A stretch of 64,000 bases of DNA from Paraspadella gotoi (lineage: Eukaryota > Animalia > Chaetognatha). The translations under genes and the position numbers were made by a program. The stretch covers positions 11,428,200-11,492,199 of the forward strand of contig CM119268.1 of NCBI GenBank assembly GCA_051294375.1, in the 5' to 3' direction. Below the pieces are notes generated by a model. The model was not told the DNA's origin, made no database searches, and saw only the letters and a program-made list of their open reading frames with translations. The number at the start of each line of letters is the position of its first letter. Within the stretch, counting starts at the first letter, position 1. This document shows positions 22,597-56,018 of the stretch, in pieces.

Positions 22597-25364
22597 ATGG
22601 TGATTAACGACGATTTGGAGGAAGCCTTTCGTTTTCTTCAATTGATAAGTGCGGCTGTCCCGCATATTGAGGTAAACCAATTCGTGCAATATAGACTATA
22701 ATAATTATATCATATTATAGTTTATAAGAAATATAGTAATTGAACGCAGTTAAATTACTATAGCTATAGCCTAATTTCTTTCGTTTACAATTTTATTGAA
22801 TTGAGTTATTTAATTTTTTCGTAGGACAAACTCCTTTCTCTGTGCAAATTCATCAACTTTCATCACCATGGTGATGAGATTAACCGCGACGCAGTGGAAG
22901 GCGATGCAAGAGACCCAGTCGGTGACGGCCATGGCATCACTGGGAAACAGCAGGCCGTTTCGGTAAAAGACTCGACTCATAAAATCGTTAAAGCCAAAGG
23001 TCACGAAAACGACGACTCGAAACGAGAGGCGAAAAGTGTCAAAGATTGCGGCGTCGCCAAATGCGATAAGCTGAAAGTCTCGGATACGAAAACACAGGCG
23101 ATTTTGAAAACGGTCCCTACGAAGAAGACAGCTGCCCCAACTGCAGCGCCACCCGCGGCATCCGCTATAAAAAATAATGCAACGAATAAGTCGGTGGTGA
23201 CGAAAACGTCCAAGAAATTAAAAACAATCGAGACAACGCCAGCGGCGGTATTGAAAGCGGCTGCAGCGGAGAAGAAAGGCGTTGCTGCGGTGAAAACAGT
23301 TTCCTCATCTACAACGACGGTAGCGGGGAAAACTGGCGTTGCATCTGTGAAATCGGCGGCAAAAACAAAAGCTTCACTGGTTTCTAAAACCGGTGTCAAG
23401 ACGCCAGGGACGGTATCAGTTAAAAAGGGGGTGGCGAAGAAACCGGTGCCAGTTAAGAAGCCGACGGCGTCAAAACCATTAGCGCCGGGAGCGACCAAAG
23501 TGGCAGTAGCGTCATCGTCATCATTGACGGCGCCCGGTATTTCGAAGACGAGGATCTCGCCTGGTTCGGGTCAGACTACTCCCGTAAAGGAAAGGCCCAA
23601 GTCAGCGACGTCGGAGCCAGCCCTAGTAACGAAGAACAAGCGGGAAGAAAAGCCCGACCAAAAGAACAAAAAAGAAAGTGTGAAAGAAATAAATAAACCC
23701 GCAATTGATCGTACGATCCGTTCCTCAAGTGAATCTGATGCGTCTGCGACATCTTGCCCAAACAAGTGCCTCAAATTAATGACCTCGTCTGAACCACTTC
23801 AACCCAAATCCTTAATATCGCTACCAAATCCCTCAAATCTGGATGAAACTAACAAACGCGATGTTAAAATCGAAAGTGGACTTTCGAACAACAACGACAA
23901 GGAAAAGAAAACGATAAGTGGCGGCGGACAAGAAGAGAATGAAATAAAAGCTGTTAAGAAGCTCTTCGAAGACTACACCGCGAAAAAACAAGTTGGTGAG
24001 GTTATTTCGTCAACAGAAATTGGTCAAAGATCAGGTCTGACAAATACTACGCCTACATGTTCTCCCAACGTTTTCATGTCTCCGCCCAAGAGCCCAGATA
24101 GCACTTATTGTAATCGGCAAGCAAGCACTTTTTCCAAGCGGCCAGCCCTTGTGTGTCCTGCGGAACCAGCTGGGAGGACGGAAATAAGCCTACCTTCTGT
24201 GCCAAGCGAACGACTAATACCGACATCTTCACCACATCCGCCACCGACTTGCAGTACTACATGGGGGACGCCCGAAAAGGCGCCTATCGTCTGGAAACGG
24301 AGTTTTTTAAAATCGCCCTCGCACGCGGAAAGTGTGTCTAGCGGCTCGTCCCTGCAAAGGTCGCCGGATCGTCGGTCCATTATAACAAATTCGCACAATG
24401 AAATCTCAAAGAAAAGTGTTGACGCTGACCATTTAAAGGCCGACAGGACGAAGACGAGGTCACCGATCAAACCTCTATTTTCACTCGACGATGTTAAAAG
24501 GCGCTTCGATCGAGACATTCCGGACAGGGGAGCGCGGACCCGCATCGACTCCCAAGATTCGCAAGGCTTGTTGGACTGGAACGAAGGATCGGGAAGTTCG
24601 CGCGACGCGGACAACCGGTTTCGAGGAAGAGGATCGATGGACGGACGAAGGAGGACCTTTAGCGGCGGGAGGAACTTTTTCGGCGGAAGAGGCGGGAGAG
24701 ATTTCGCCGCTGCCTTCTCTAAAGGTTTCGACCCTCGATGGGATCAACCTCGCGACCGCCGCGAATCGGGGGACGGCTTCTCCTCTAGATCGAGGAAACG
24801 ACGACAGAATCAATCTCGCGGAGCGCCGGCGAAAGCGAGACGAATAGAGAGCGACTCCTCTCAGGATTATTCGCAAAGGCAGTGGTCGACATCAAGCCGG
24901 GGCGGAACAAACGTCGACGGAACAACGCGTTGGGCGAGAGAAGACTCCCGCGAGAGAAGCTGGGCCAAGAAACGAGAACGTGAGGAGAAAAAAGGTGAGG
25001 ACGTGGATGAGCGATCAAGTCCATTCGGAAGCGATTCCGAAGGATCTCGGGAACGCCAAAAGAAATCGTGGAGAGGGAATCGTAGATCACAAGGCGTTCA
25101 CGAAGGAACGATATCGGTCGATCCTAAATACGACCTCATCTTCTTCAATTAGTATAATTTTTAACGATTTGGCTTCGGGAAAAAATACTAGGTTCGGCGA
25201 CGGAGAATGATAGAGTAGCGAGAGCAAATAGAGAAGATGATAACCGGTCAAGATCAACGCATGGTTGGATGTGGAACGACAACGGAAACGGAAGCGGTGA
25301 TTACGTTATACCCGGCAATGGCGGAAACCAGGAATATTACGCCAATCAATATTACGACTGCTAA
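22597..25364 (+). CDS. Uncharacterised low-complexity protein (K/A/T/V-rich N half, S/P-rich middle, RGG/RS-rich C half). Exons ~22597-22671 and 22825-25152, possibly extending by frameshifts to 25364
   Basis: 752-aa ORF preceded in frame by acceptor gtag|GAC at 22825 and a phase-0 upstream exon MVINDDLEEAFRFLQLISAAVPHIE|gtaaac. No recognisable domain; the true 5' and 3' ends are uncertain. Confidence 0.65.
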
Positions 25365-25646
25365 AACCTCGGTCATATCACTTGTGAAAGAGAGAACCGG
25401 CACGAACAATCAAGCACTAGCGAAGCAACAGCAATTTTTGGCCTCAATTGACTTGTAAAACCTAGTAATTGTAGTATTTTTGTAACGTTTTGTTTTATTA
25501 TATCGTTTTGTTTTACTCAATTTAAGTAGTGTTTGTCGTAATTCTAACTTCTATAGGGCTGCAGATAGTAATACTAGAAGGAAATATATGCAAAAAGTTA
25601 TTGTAAACCTTTTTTTATTCTTTACGATTTTATTACACGACTATCA

Positions 25647-27723
25647 TCACCAATCATTTTCGTCTTCTGAGTCGTAATTGTCCTTTCCGACGCCGGGACG
25701 ACCCAACGAAGCCATCATGACGTCATCCACCTGTGGTCTTGGGTTCTTCGTAACCTCTGTCGGCACGCCAGCACGGTTGAGGCGAAAGTCCAACTCTTCC
25801 AAGGTCATGTTCATCCCGCCAAATGACAACTCTCCCACCTGAAATTTAAGGCGATTTTGCCAAGTTCGAGTCGTTATTTATTTACTGAGTTTTATAATTG
25901 TACACATATTGTTGTTATAATGTATAATGTATACATTCATTTATTCTCACCAGTTGCTGCTTTAATTGTCCCTCAAAGTAAACAAAGATAGCTGGTAGGT
26001 TTCGGTCGGGAAAATTCGGAATGCAGACGGTCGAGATGCTTTTCAAAAATTTAATCTAAAGTTTCAAGGGGGAATCGAAAAAAAAAATTATATTAACGAA
26101 CGTTGTAGAATGTTATTCTTTTTTTTTCGTTTTTTTATTTTTCACTTGTGGATATTTTCGACTGAGTGCCGTGATCTGTTGATTGATCAACGCGCAGAGT
26201 GGAATTCCGGTTTTGTATAGGTGCAAAATGACCCAAATGTTATCTCCCGCGCCGTTGACCTAATAAGCGAGAAATACATAAAAATTGTGAAAAGAGCAGA
26301 AATATTGGCGCGAGAGCTATTCAGTAGAGTGGAAAAAAAAATTTATTTGATCAAATGAGGATATTTAGATATAAAATAATATGATTAATTAGTTTAAAAA
26401 ATATTTTATTCATATTGTTTTAGGAACAAAATAATAAAATATAATATATTCGTAGTAATATTCTTATAAAATAGTAAATTTTAAAAATATTTTTTTAAAT
26501 CTTAATAAAGATTTAGATTCTTAATAAAAAGTTGAAATATAAAATATATTATTAAAAATTCTGTAATCTTCAGCGTTTAAAACGTGAAAGAAGAGTAAAA
26601 ATTTATTATTTTTTGATTCTTTATAATATATATGTTATAAATGTTAAAACGTTTTAATCATTTTTTATGATCCAAATATTAAAATATTATATAATATAAG
26701 TAATGTCATCACAGGAAACGGATTGATCATGTAGCTTGTCTCGTTTGGCTTTTCTGCCTTTTCTTCTCTCTCGACCAATCAGAGAGGTGGCTTCCCTCAC
26801 GGAATCGACGGGAGAGAGATGAGAGAAAAAACGAAGAAGCCTTCAACTTACCCTCAAAAAATTAATATTATAATTCTCAAGTTCATGAACTATTTACTTT
26901 GTATTTTAAACCATCGTTTTAATCATCATAATCTCCCTCCATTATTATTATCTCTGCGTTTATTTGTATAAAATAAAACTATAAATTATCTATAATAAAC
27001 TACGCTTACTTCTTTCATTGATGTGATGACTTTTAAAAAAATCATATAACACATTTTATAAAAGTTTAGTTTTCTACGGCGAATACAAATCTGTTCTTAA
27101 AAATTTTTTAAAAAATTTAATAGGATTTAAAATTTAATAATTATATACTCATATACAGTAAAAAAAATGATGTTCAATCACTCAATCTTTTCATCACTCC
27201 ACCCTACTATTCAGTTACTAAGTCCGTCAATAGAGACCACCTCTCGTTTGTAATCCTCTGCGCTAATTTCTCTCACGTCGCCAAATATCGAGGCCTTCTG
27301 TTTCTCTCGAAGTTCATTCAGTCGCTGTTGACGATAGCGCTGGGAAAGGCCAAGAAGGGAACGGAATTTAACAAAAGAACAAGTAATCTTTAATTAGTGA
27401 ACTAACCGCGAACACAACTTTGTTAGAATTAGAATTTTTATTCGACTCGATTCATTCTCAGTTTCTTCCAATGCAGCCCGCTTCCTCACCTCGATAACTT
27501 TCTCGTCCTCCTCATCTTCCAACTCTTCGATCTCCTCCAAACTCATGTCCTCCCAGTTCTTGACTCCGGCCGCTCGATCTTCCTCCTGGCGAATCCTCTC
27601 GTCCACGAGGCGCTGAATGTCACCTTCGGTGATTTCCACCTCTCCTCCGGAGGCTTTGGGCGGAATAATGCCTCGACGACGCATCTGGTCGTTCCATTCG
27701 GTGTCCGCGTTGGGGTCTTGCAT
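25647..27723 (-). CDS. PDCL3: Phosducin-like protein 3 (PhLP2/viaf type). Exons: 27723-27490, 27339-27241, 26259-26146, 26055-25951, 25838-25647
   Basis: [12 protein letters not shown]...RGIIPPK; EDEEDE..IE.YRQQRL; [14 protein letters not shown]; [17 protein letters not shown]; [20 protein letters not shown]. All introns are phase 0 GT-AG. Confidence 0.93.
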
Positions 27724-28586
27724 GTTGTCGGCTCTGTTGTCGTTGGCGTCGATTTATTTTTGAATTTTACCTTCGAAAGGTCGAGTTTTTGAAGCCGAAA
27801 GATTTTTGTCGCTTCAGTAGTTCTTTTAGATGCTTCGTAGTCTTTTTTCTCGTATGTTTGGTTTTCGGTTTCCTTTATTTGTTCCTACGTCGGATCTCCT
27901 ATTCTTTTCTCTTCCTTTTTTTTCCCGCCCGTGTTCCCTCTTGTCCTTTTTCCCTCTGTTTGTTCTGCCAACTAATCTGAGAGAATGGAGCAAAAGAAAG
28001 AGTTAGTGATGGTGAGATAAAAAGCGTGAGAGAGCGAGATCGAATGGCGCTTTAAATTAGCTGGATTTATTCCGCGTTCGTCTTCGATTGAGTTCCCGAT
28101 TTAAGAGACTTATGTTAGTAAATAAATAAAGGTTAAGGCGCAAAGAAATAAGGCTTAATTATAGCTCAGAAATAAAAAAAACGTAGTAGGCCGAGAGGCC
28201 CGAGATGATCCAATCGTGAAGCAAACATGAGTCGAACTCGAAGCACTCGTTCGAAGCCACGTGAACTGTGAAGCAATTTCAGTCGGCCGATGAATTGAGC
28301 AAAAGCTATCGAAGCCGACGGAGAGAAATCGGGGCTTTCCTAACTTTTCTAAAGAGTTTTCTAACCAATCGAGTGCAAGCGCGTATTTGGATACAACCAA
28401 TCAGATAAGAAGTGCATCCTTGATTGGGAGAGATAACAAATTTTTAACAGTGACGCTTTATTAAGGTTGTATGTATGGTTCTTGCTAAACGATAAACAAA
28501 TAGTATCAAGAATGAAAATTAAACAAGGATGAAATATAAGAAACGTTAACATTAAACGTTAATAACAACGAGGTAAATTTGTATTT

Positions 28587-31043
28587 CTAAATTTTATTTA
28601 ATTTCGCGCCTCCTTGACCCTCGATAGTTTCCTCCGTTTTGATTTTCTCCCCGCTCTTATCTTGTTTTCCTTTATCGAAACCAGACACGTTCTTCGGATC
28701 GTTCTCCACCAAAACTGCCTCTTCGATTTTGTTTTCTTCGGCCACATTCTTCTTACCCATCTTCTCTTCCTTCCTTCTCCTCTTCCCCCTACCCACTTCC
28801 TCCAATTCCTCCACCGTCTGCGCCATCCGTTGCCCTTTTGTCTCCTCGGTCGTCATGACGACGGCGGCAGCGACGACGATGCTGACGCCCAGGGCGGCGG
28901 GAAGGGCCGCGGGCGCCGTGCGGACCAGCACTGACGTGAAAGAGACGAGGACGAGCGTGGCGCGTCCGGCGACGATGACGACGCCGAAACAGCTCGAGCG
29001 GCAGGAGGTTGGAAAGACTTCGATGCAGACGAAGTGAACGAGAACGACGTAGGCGCCGCCAAAGAGGCGACCTGAAATTAATAGCGTTTACGAATAATTA
29101 TTATATTATATTATATTATATTATACGAATAACTATAATTATACATTCATAGAAAATTACGATTGCCTTCTTGTCCTAGTTTCTAAACTTATAAAGGATA
29201 TTTTGCAGTCAAAAGTTAAGATGTTCTTTAATTTCTGGAATATACATTTTTTTCCCCAATGAAATCTAGTGCGTTATAGATAAAACGAGCTTTCACTGGA
29301 CACTATGAGGTAAGGATTTTCTCCTTACCGAATGCCGTTGCGAAGACGACGGGCGCGTCGGCCATCGTCCATCCCAAGATCTGAAGCGCGAAGTTGACGA
29401 AATTAGAAGCGGCGCTGACGACGGCGAAAGCGGCGATCGATTTTCGATAGGGGAACAGTTTGACGGCTGCGGCGGAGAGGGCGATGCTCGGAAGGTGCAA
29501 AAGGCCGAGACAAGCTAGGTTTACGAACCGATTTCCTGGATAATTTAAAAATGATACGATATTTGTAACCTATACCTGATTCTGACAAAGTACCTAAATT
29601 AATTGATTAATGAAGATAAGAATAGTAAAAAAACGAACAAGCTATTGTATTGATGACAACCCTTATTACCGGGCAACATTTCAGAAGCGGCGATACTGGC
29701 GGCCCAAAACGTAGCCTCGGAGACCATTGTCAAGTAGCAGGTAGCTATAAGTCTCTTCCAGATTTCTTTGCTTCTCCAGGGGCTTTTCGAATCGGTAGAA
29801 ACGTTCAACTCCTTGCCGTCCGGGATTCCCGGGTCGCGCGTCTTCACTTTCTCCAACGTCTTCCCGCTCTTCGACAACATCTTCGAGCAGGCCTCCCGAA
29901 AAGCCAAGCGCCCCGGCTCGTCTCTCCGCGTCGCCAACCATCTTAACGACTCCGGCGCCAAAAAGCTCAACGTCAGCGCCACTCCGAACGACGACGCCAC
30001 CAGCAGATGCAGCCGGCGCCACTCGACGACCAAATAGGCGCCGAGAGAGATGGCGCAGAAACCCAAAGGAAAGCATAGATAGAGGACGCAAAAGACGAAG
30101 GCGCGGAATCGATTGCTGAAGGCCTCGACGAGGATGATGGCGGAGGAGTTGGAGATCAGAACCTTGAAAAAGGAGAGAAGCAACAAAAGAACAATGCGCG
30201 TTGGGTATGCCAGGCATACTATGCCTTGATTAATGATTATAGAAGCCTTTGAATCATAGACTAAGTCCAAGTTGGACGAAATCTTGTTCAAAGTTGAGAG
30301 CTTGAACAACATTCTTACTCTGATGCTCTGTATTTAGTTTAAACTGCTGTCATAAAGTTACAACTTTTTTTTTCGAAAAAAATATCAATCTAAGTTGTAA
30401 CTCACGCAAAGAAATCCGGCGAAAGCTTGAAACGCTAAATAAATTTCTGCGGTCGGAGCAAAATAGACGAGGGCGAAGCCGACGCCGTCCAACGCTAATG
30501 AGAAGCGAATCAGGCGACGTCGGCCAAACTTGTCGGCCAGATAGTTGGCGATCAAGGAACCGATGCCCGCCAAAAAGAACACCATCGTCATGACGTTGGG
30601 AAGTGTCGGCCAAGAGCAGATCAGTTCGAATTCTAGCATCAGCGATTCTTGACGAGGATATTTGGGTGGAAGCTTGTATGAAACTGAAATGGGATTTTCA
30701 GTAGTTGTTTCATTAACGTTGTTTTAAAAGAATTGTCTCACATCTTCTTTTTATCGTTGTCAATAAATAACGATTGAGGTAAGTTTCTTTTTAAATTCAA
30801 CTTACTACCTCCGCTTTGATTGCTGCAAAAATCCCCCAGATAATCAGCGGGAATGTAAGCGGCGAAGTTTGGTGTTAAGACGCTCATCACGGCCACGGAG
30901 TAGCTGCAGAGGGCGAAGGCGGCTGTGAAGAGGTTGGAGGCGCCCACTCCGACTCGCTCGATAACGTCGTCAACATCGAAGCGTTCGAGGGCCGGAGGCG
31001 AAGATTTGGGAAGGGCGGGTCGAACTTCAACGTCGGAGGCCAT
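28587..31043 (-). CDS. SLC22-like organic ion transporter (MFS). Exons: 31043-30806, 30683-30406, 30162-29670, 29535-29329, 29071-28587
   Basis: EFELIC, LADKFGRR, PESLRWL, IEVFPTSCRS and ETKG motifs; many TM segments; splice phases fit. Confidence 0.88.
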
Positions 31044-31529
31044 ATTGTCTGAATTAGCCACAGGGAAAAGACCGGATTTCGTTTGAAAAAAACTGACGTC
31101 CGAGGCGACGGGTGGACCTTCGGGAGATTCGGAATTGAACGAGGGGTTTGGCGAGACAGATCCTTTATCGGCGGCGGACGATGAAACCGGGAGAGGTTAA
31201 GAGGAGAAAGTACAGACGCGATATAACTGAAAGAATTAAACGCTTTGCGATGTTCTTATTGGTAAGTCGGGGGGGAGACAGCAAAGTGTTTTTGAAATAA
31301 TTAAAATATTTTAACATGAATGAAAAAGAAAGGGAGAAAGAGAGAAAAAATTTGAAAAATACAGGTTTTTATAAGCACTTAGCTCTCAGGCAGCCTTGAC
31401 CCTCATAAAAGTGAGCTCTATAATAACCAGTGGCTGCGCCAATACATATAAATCGCTCTCAAGGGCTTAAACTCAACTGTTACTGCGGCACAAATAATAT
31501 TTTTTTTTAAATTTGTATCATTCTTTTCA

Positions 31530-31650
31530 CATGTATCATTTTTTAACTTGCATCAATTTTTTAACTTGCATCAATTTTTTAACTTGTATTATTTGTTTAA
31601 CTTGTATTATTTTTTTAACTTGTATTATTTTTTTAAACTTGTATCATTTT
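31530..31650. repeat. ~17-bp tandem repeat (ttttttaacttgtatca-like)
   Basis: About 6-7 degenerate units. Confidence 0.8.
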
Positions 31651-33559
31651 TGAAATTCAAGGGTAAAGTAAATCGCTAAAACGATTTACAATAAAAGCTT
31701 TTCGTAGCAGAGAGGAGATAACAAAAAAAGACCAAAATCAAAGGGTAAAGTAAATAAAAAAAGCACACACCTACACACAATTATGTGTATGTGTGTGTGC
31801 CTGTGTGTGTGCTTGTTTGCGAAATAGAGAAAGAGAGAGAGACGGAAAAACCAGATCATAACCTAAAAGATTCATTTGAAAAATTGTTAGTATGTCAAGT
31901 CCAATTACAGTTAGTTTAAACATTTTTTTCTCCAGAATGAAAATTAAGATTGAAGGTTCATTTTTCTTTTTTTGGGGGGAAGGAAATATGTAACTATATA
32001 AATTGTTAAGCATTGACCTATTATCTTATCTTCTGTCTTCCAGTACATAAGTTTAATAAAATTTTATCGATTTAATAAAGTCCAACGTTCGACATTTGAA
32101 ATTGTAATTTTAATCAGCGTGTAGAATTAAAAACAAAAGGGAAACGACGGTCGGATGAAATTATAAAAGAAAAGCCGATAACAATTCTGACGCCCTTTCT
32201 CGAACCCACAAATATTGAACAGAGATACGAGAGCTATCAGTAGGGCCAATCTATGTCAATGGGGTGGGTCGGAAATTTGATTTGGGAACCTTCCCAAATA
32301 AAACTTCAGACATTTCTGAAAAAAACTTTCAGTGGACCAGAATTTTCTAAAATCGCTCGAAGCACTAGTAATTAATTTTTCAAAATTTATTTATAGATAA
32401 GAAATGTTAAAAATTATTTTTTTAAAAATTTTATATTTTTAAAAGCAGATTTTTTCAATATTTTGATGATAAATAGGTCAAAATTGAGAAAAACATAAAA
32501 CAATTATTATTATCATCATCATACAATAATTTTATATATAAATTTTTGGTAATAAAACATTAAAATTTTAAAAAGTTATAATTACTTTTTTTATTTTAAC
32601 ACAATAACTAATACCAATAGTGGATTTCTTTAATGCTGTTCCCATTAAAATTTGAATTTGGTCGGCTTGCCCAATCAAAAGATAAGCTGGCATAAAATCA
32701 TTTAAACCGTTTTAAAAAAAATGGCGTCAGGCAAATTAATGGGAGAATCGATTGATGCGACGATATTTCAAGCATGGGATAAAAAATGAATCTCGACGAA
32801 ACATTACTGAGCTTGACTTTTTTTATATACATGAATTTGAAGACAAGAATAAAAAAAAAAAAAATTCCCAAATGACTGAAAAACCAGATCTACGAGCGGA
32901 TTTGTTGAACGTATCGTTGATATTTTTTGTTAATGTTCAATTTAAACCCGTTGAGTAAAAAATAGGTTTTTCGAAATAATTCAAAATAACTTTAACATAA
33001 TTTAATAGAACGATGCATTACGCATGCGAATTGTTTTTCGTAGAAAAGATGGAGATATGGTTAGCCGTTATTGTTTGTTAGTACATCTGAGCAAAATAGC
33101 AGAGTAGAAATAAAAAAAAGAAAGAATGCGCTGACCTGATTTTCATTTATTCATTCGATTCATTCACTCGTTCATTCATTTAGTCATTCACATTCATATA
33201 CGTCATTTAAATATCTTCGAAAATTCAAATAGTCACGATTATAAACAGATTTGGTTCCACTCGTTATTCAAGCAAGCGATAATTACCTTTTCGTGTTAAC
33301 CCTAATTTGCTTTAGCCGTTATTATTGCGAAAAAAAAAAGCGGACATCAATATTCGTTACGAAAAAACAATTGAATATTTCGATAATTGAAAGAGGCGTC
33401 TTATTTATGGCAAATATTGCCGTACAATTTACTATTACGCACAATCACGATGAAAACTCGGTCGTTTTGGATTTGGTCAGAGCTTGAAAGGGTTTCAATC
33501 CTTTTGATTAGATATCGTCGTCGTCGTCGTCGTCGTCGTCGTAGTCGTTGTCGTCGTCA

Positions 33560-52046
<18,487 letters not shown>

Positions 52047-53076
52047 GATTTCAACAAAAAAAAACAAAAAAAAACAAAACTTTAAGATGTCTAGAGATTA
52101 AAAGTCGATGAAGTGGTTCGGCATTTTTTTTATCTTTCTTAATCCTTAATCCATAATTAAAGAATTAAGGCGCGATATATTTAAACGAAAGCGATTAAAA
52201 GTGAAGGGATGAGCCGAAGATCGAAGATCGAAAATTATTCGAGGGTCGGATCGACAAGAAATTTCGAGGCCTCGTGTGAATTTCGAAGTCCGCGAGGCCG
52301 AGTCGGGCCGCCGATACTCATTTAAATTCAAACAAGGTTGAGATGTTCTTTTTTTCCGTAGAATTAGATCTTAGGAAAATGAGAGAAAAGCGACGGGTGG
52401 TAAGAAGATTTCGAAAAAGAAAAGAAAAAAAACAAACTGGGCGGAACAGGAGAAGAATTCTTGTCTTTGTTTGCTTTCTTATTCACGCCGTCAATTTTTA
52501 TGGATTTCTGTCGCGCCCGAATGTTGTTGTTGGGTCGCGTTTCCTAGCATTGAATTGCGAGGCAGTTGCGTGGAGTGAGGCGTATATCTCGCTATATATG
52601 TAGAGTTCGCTTTGAGTTGGAGAGTGTTGGGGTTGTTGTATAACGTTGCGTAGTGTTGTTGTTATTTTAGGCGCAAATTTCGGCGCGAAAGCGGAAACCG
52701 AATTTTTTTTTTTATGTCTCGGAAAATTTGCTTCCCTTTTGTTTGTTTTGTTTCTCGTTTTCGGCGAAAAATTCGATTTTGACGAAACTTATTTCGCCGA
52801 TTAATTTCGCGAGGCCGATGCCTCTGCCGCCTCCGCCGCCGCCACCGACGAAGCCGTAGCCGTCGCCGCCGCCGACGACGCCAATTGTAGAACGAGGTTC
52901 GATTCCAGTTTCAATTCCTTCCGTTAGTTTCAGTTTAGAAAGGCGAGATGGTTTTTTGCGGGTCTCAATCCCGAAACCAAGCATAATTTCCTTAACGAAA
53001 ACGGAATACGGGACTGAGTCAAAATGAACACTCTCAAATTTAAGATAAAATGGGGCGTTCTGGGAAAGATTTTTAA

Positions 53077-53207
<131 letters not shown>

Positions 53208-54984
53208 CGTTTTTTCCTTGTTTCTTTTCTTCTCTCTTTCTTTCACACATGTTACTCACGAAGGTTAAACTATGAATGATTAGTTATGCCAATTACATTT
53301 TAAAATCGAATTCATCTAATTTGGAGAAAGTTTGAAAATTTCAGGACACTTATTGAAATTTATTCTTTTAGTGCAATACGATCAGCAGGAAGGGGCTATT
53401 AACGCAATTAAAGAATGACCAACTAATTGTATCGAATGACACATATGTTATTTATGCCAAACTCTTTTTATGGATCTGTATAGATCTTCTGTATAGATCG
53501 ACCCGAGCTTTCAGTGTCGCTAAAAACGTATTTGTAAATGATTTTATCTGTTTGCTAGATTTTTAGTACTTGATAAATTTTTGCTAACCTGTAACGAAGG
53601 TTTGTCATTTGTAAAAATTTGTAACCATTAGGTCTGAATCATTCGACCCTTAATTTTGTTTGATTTCATTGCGTTATTAGCATTAAAACTAATACTCAAA
53701 TTGTTATTGTTTTATCTTTTTATTATTTAAGTAAGTCGACAAAACAAAACAAAACCGCGAAAAATAAAAATAAAAATTGCATAATATGCGTTTTATTACG
53801 AATTCAACAAGGTTGATTCAGTACATACAGGAGCATCAAAACAAAGCTAAGTCTAAAGATAAAACAAAGTTAAAGATTGCGTGAAAACCACCACCACAGA
53901 CAAAATGATAATACGGGTACAGAGAGAGAGAGGGAGAAAGGGAGAAAGAGAGAGAGAGTTATAGGGAGAGAGAGAGAGAGAGAGAGAGTATATTAGCTGA
54001 TCAAATGACAACAAATTAAAAATAACTTTATTGTATTGTTTCGTTTTTATTAAAAGTAGCTCAGCCATGGACAATTGGACATTTATCGTTCAGTTGAAAA
54101 GTCTCTCAGTCAGTTTTTTTATCGAACTCACTAGATAATTAACGGAATAAAATTTTTGAGTTCATGTCATTTTTAAGGGCGCTTACTCTTTGGAAAATCC
54201 TACTGATCTTCTTAAATCTCGCGGATTCTTATTTCTTAAATTAATTAAAATAAGCGTTTAACTTTAAGACTTGGGCTGTTGTTGTAAAATATCTTAAATT
54301 GAATAAAATAATTTGCATGCTATAAAATCGAAAGACTAAAATGTTACCTTGAGTATTAATCCAAAACCCTAAACCATCCGAAATAAGTGAGCTGCAGGAA
54401 GAGCGTCAGGTTTTAAAGGAACTTACTTGAATAAATTTCACTATATTAAGCAAGAATGTCTACGAAGAGACTCATCAACCTTAAAAACGCGCTTCATAAT
54501 GCAACTGACCTTGCCAAGTGAGCCATAAAATTAATACTTTTCTTTACAGTATCATAAGTCATGATAATCTTGAACTTCAAAAACTAGTTTTTTTTATCAT
54601 CATTAATCTTTTAATCCATAAAGTTTTCAAAAACAAGTTTTTTTCTTTTTCTAAATACTTTTAAAGATAGATACTTAAAGTACCCGGCCTTCACCATTTT
54701 ATCCTGACCTTGATTAAAAAATTCCAATAAAACTTCCAATAAAATCTGCCCTATTTATCTTTCAAAAAAAAAAAAAGATTAAAAATTCATTATTGAAGTT
54801 TTAAAGGATTATGAGTGCGAGTCTATTCCATTTTTCTCTTTCCAATACTAATTTTTCATCTTTCAGCATTCTCTCTATCAGAATAATTTTCTCGATCTAC
54901 AATAGCTCAATTAAGCAATCTGCAAAAGTGGGACCAAAAAAATTTTGTTTGTGCTTCAACGACAGAAAAGGTGAGTTTGAGGAG

Positions 54985-55052
<68 letters not shown>

Positions 55053-56018
55053 GCTTCATCTCAACATCTCAACATTCACCGTTTATCAAACACTCTATTT
55101 TTTCTCCGCTTCCTTCATCGAACGTAATATTGATGACGAACCTCGCTCGTTGAGATCGAGTCTTGCTCAGCCAGACGTCGGCAACGCACCTTGACAATCC
55201 ACGGTCGATGGAATGATGTAACATTGGACGGCGACCTCCGTCTCAGTCAGGGGAACGACGCCCAACGGTTACTCCATGTCGTAATCGATTCGATTTCGAT
55301 TGTCAGTTCGAGTTTCGATTCGATCTCCGGTATCGATCTCTCCAACAAGTTAGACACGAACGTCGTAGACGATGGCGATGGATGGATTGGGATTATTAAA
55401 TGTGCTTTAAATATCATGTCCATGTTTAAAAAAATATTATAATCAAAATTTAACTAGTTTTTAAAAAGAATGTTTTTCAAAAAATAAGAAATAAAGAGTA
55501 CTTTTGATATAAGTATATAAAAATTTACTTTCATTTAAATTTGCTAATTTAATCCTAAATTTGAAAAAATAACTTAGTACTACTAAATCTCTTAAAATTA
55601 CTACAGGTTCGCTCACGCGCTGCTGCGACCTGACGCAATAAGCAATTATTTTTTTCTTTTGTTCGTTCTTTTTAAATCGGCCTTGTATTTTCATCGTCAT
55701 CTTGCCTTGAGTGACGGTTTCGATAATCTGTGTTGCATTCGCTTAGATCAATCGTAATTTCCAATCAATTCTAATTTTTAAACATTTATTTTTCTTATTA
55801 ATCTTTTACCATGTTTTCGATTTTCGCCTCATTTTAATTAATCGATCGAATTTTCTCCGAGACAAGTTAATTTATTTCGGAGATATAACCGTTCACAAAA
55901 TTGTTCAAAATTAGAAAATTTTCAAAAATTGGACCCAAATCGATTACAAGTTTCAATTAGATTTTACAGGAAGTAAAAATTTGAATTTCATTTGTTTCAG
56001 CAGTTTAATATAGAAAGT

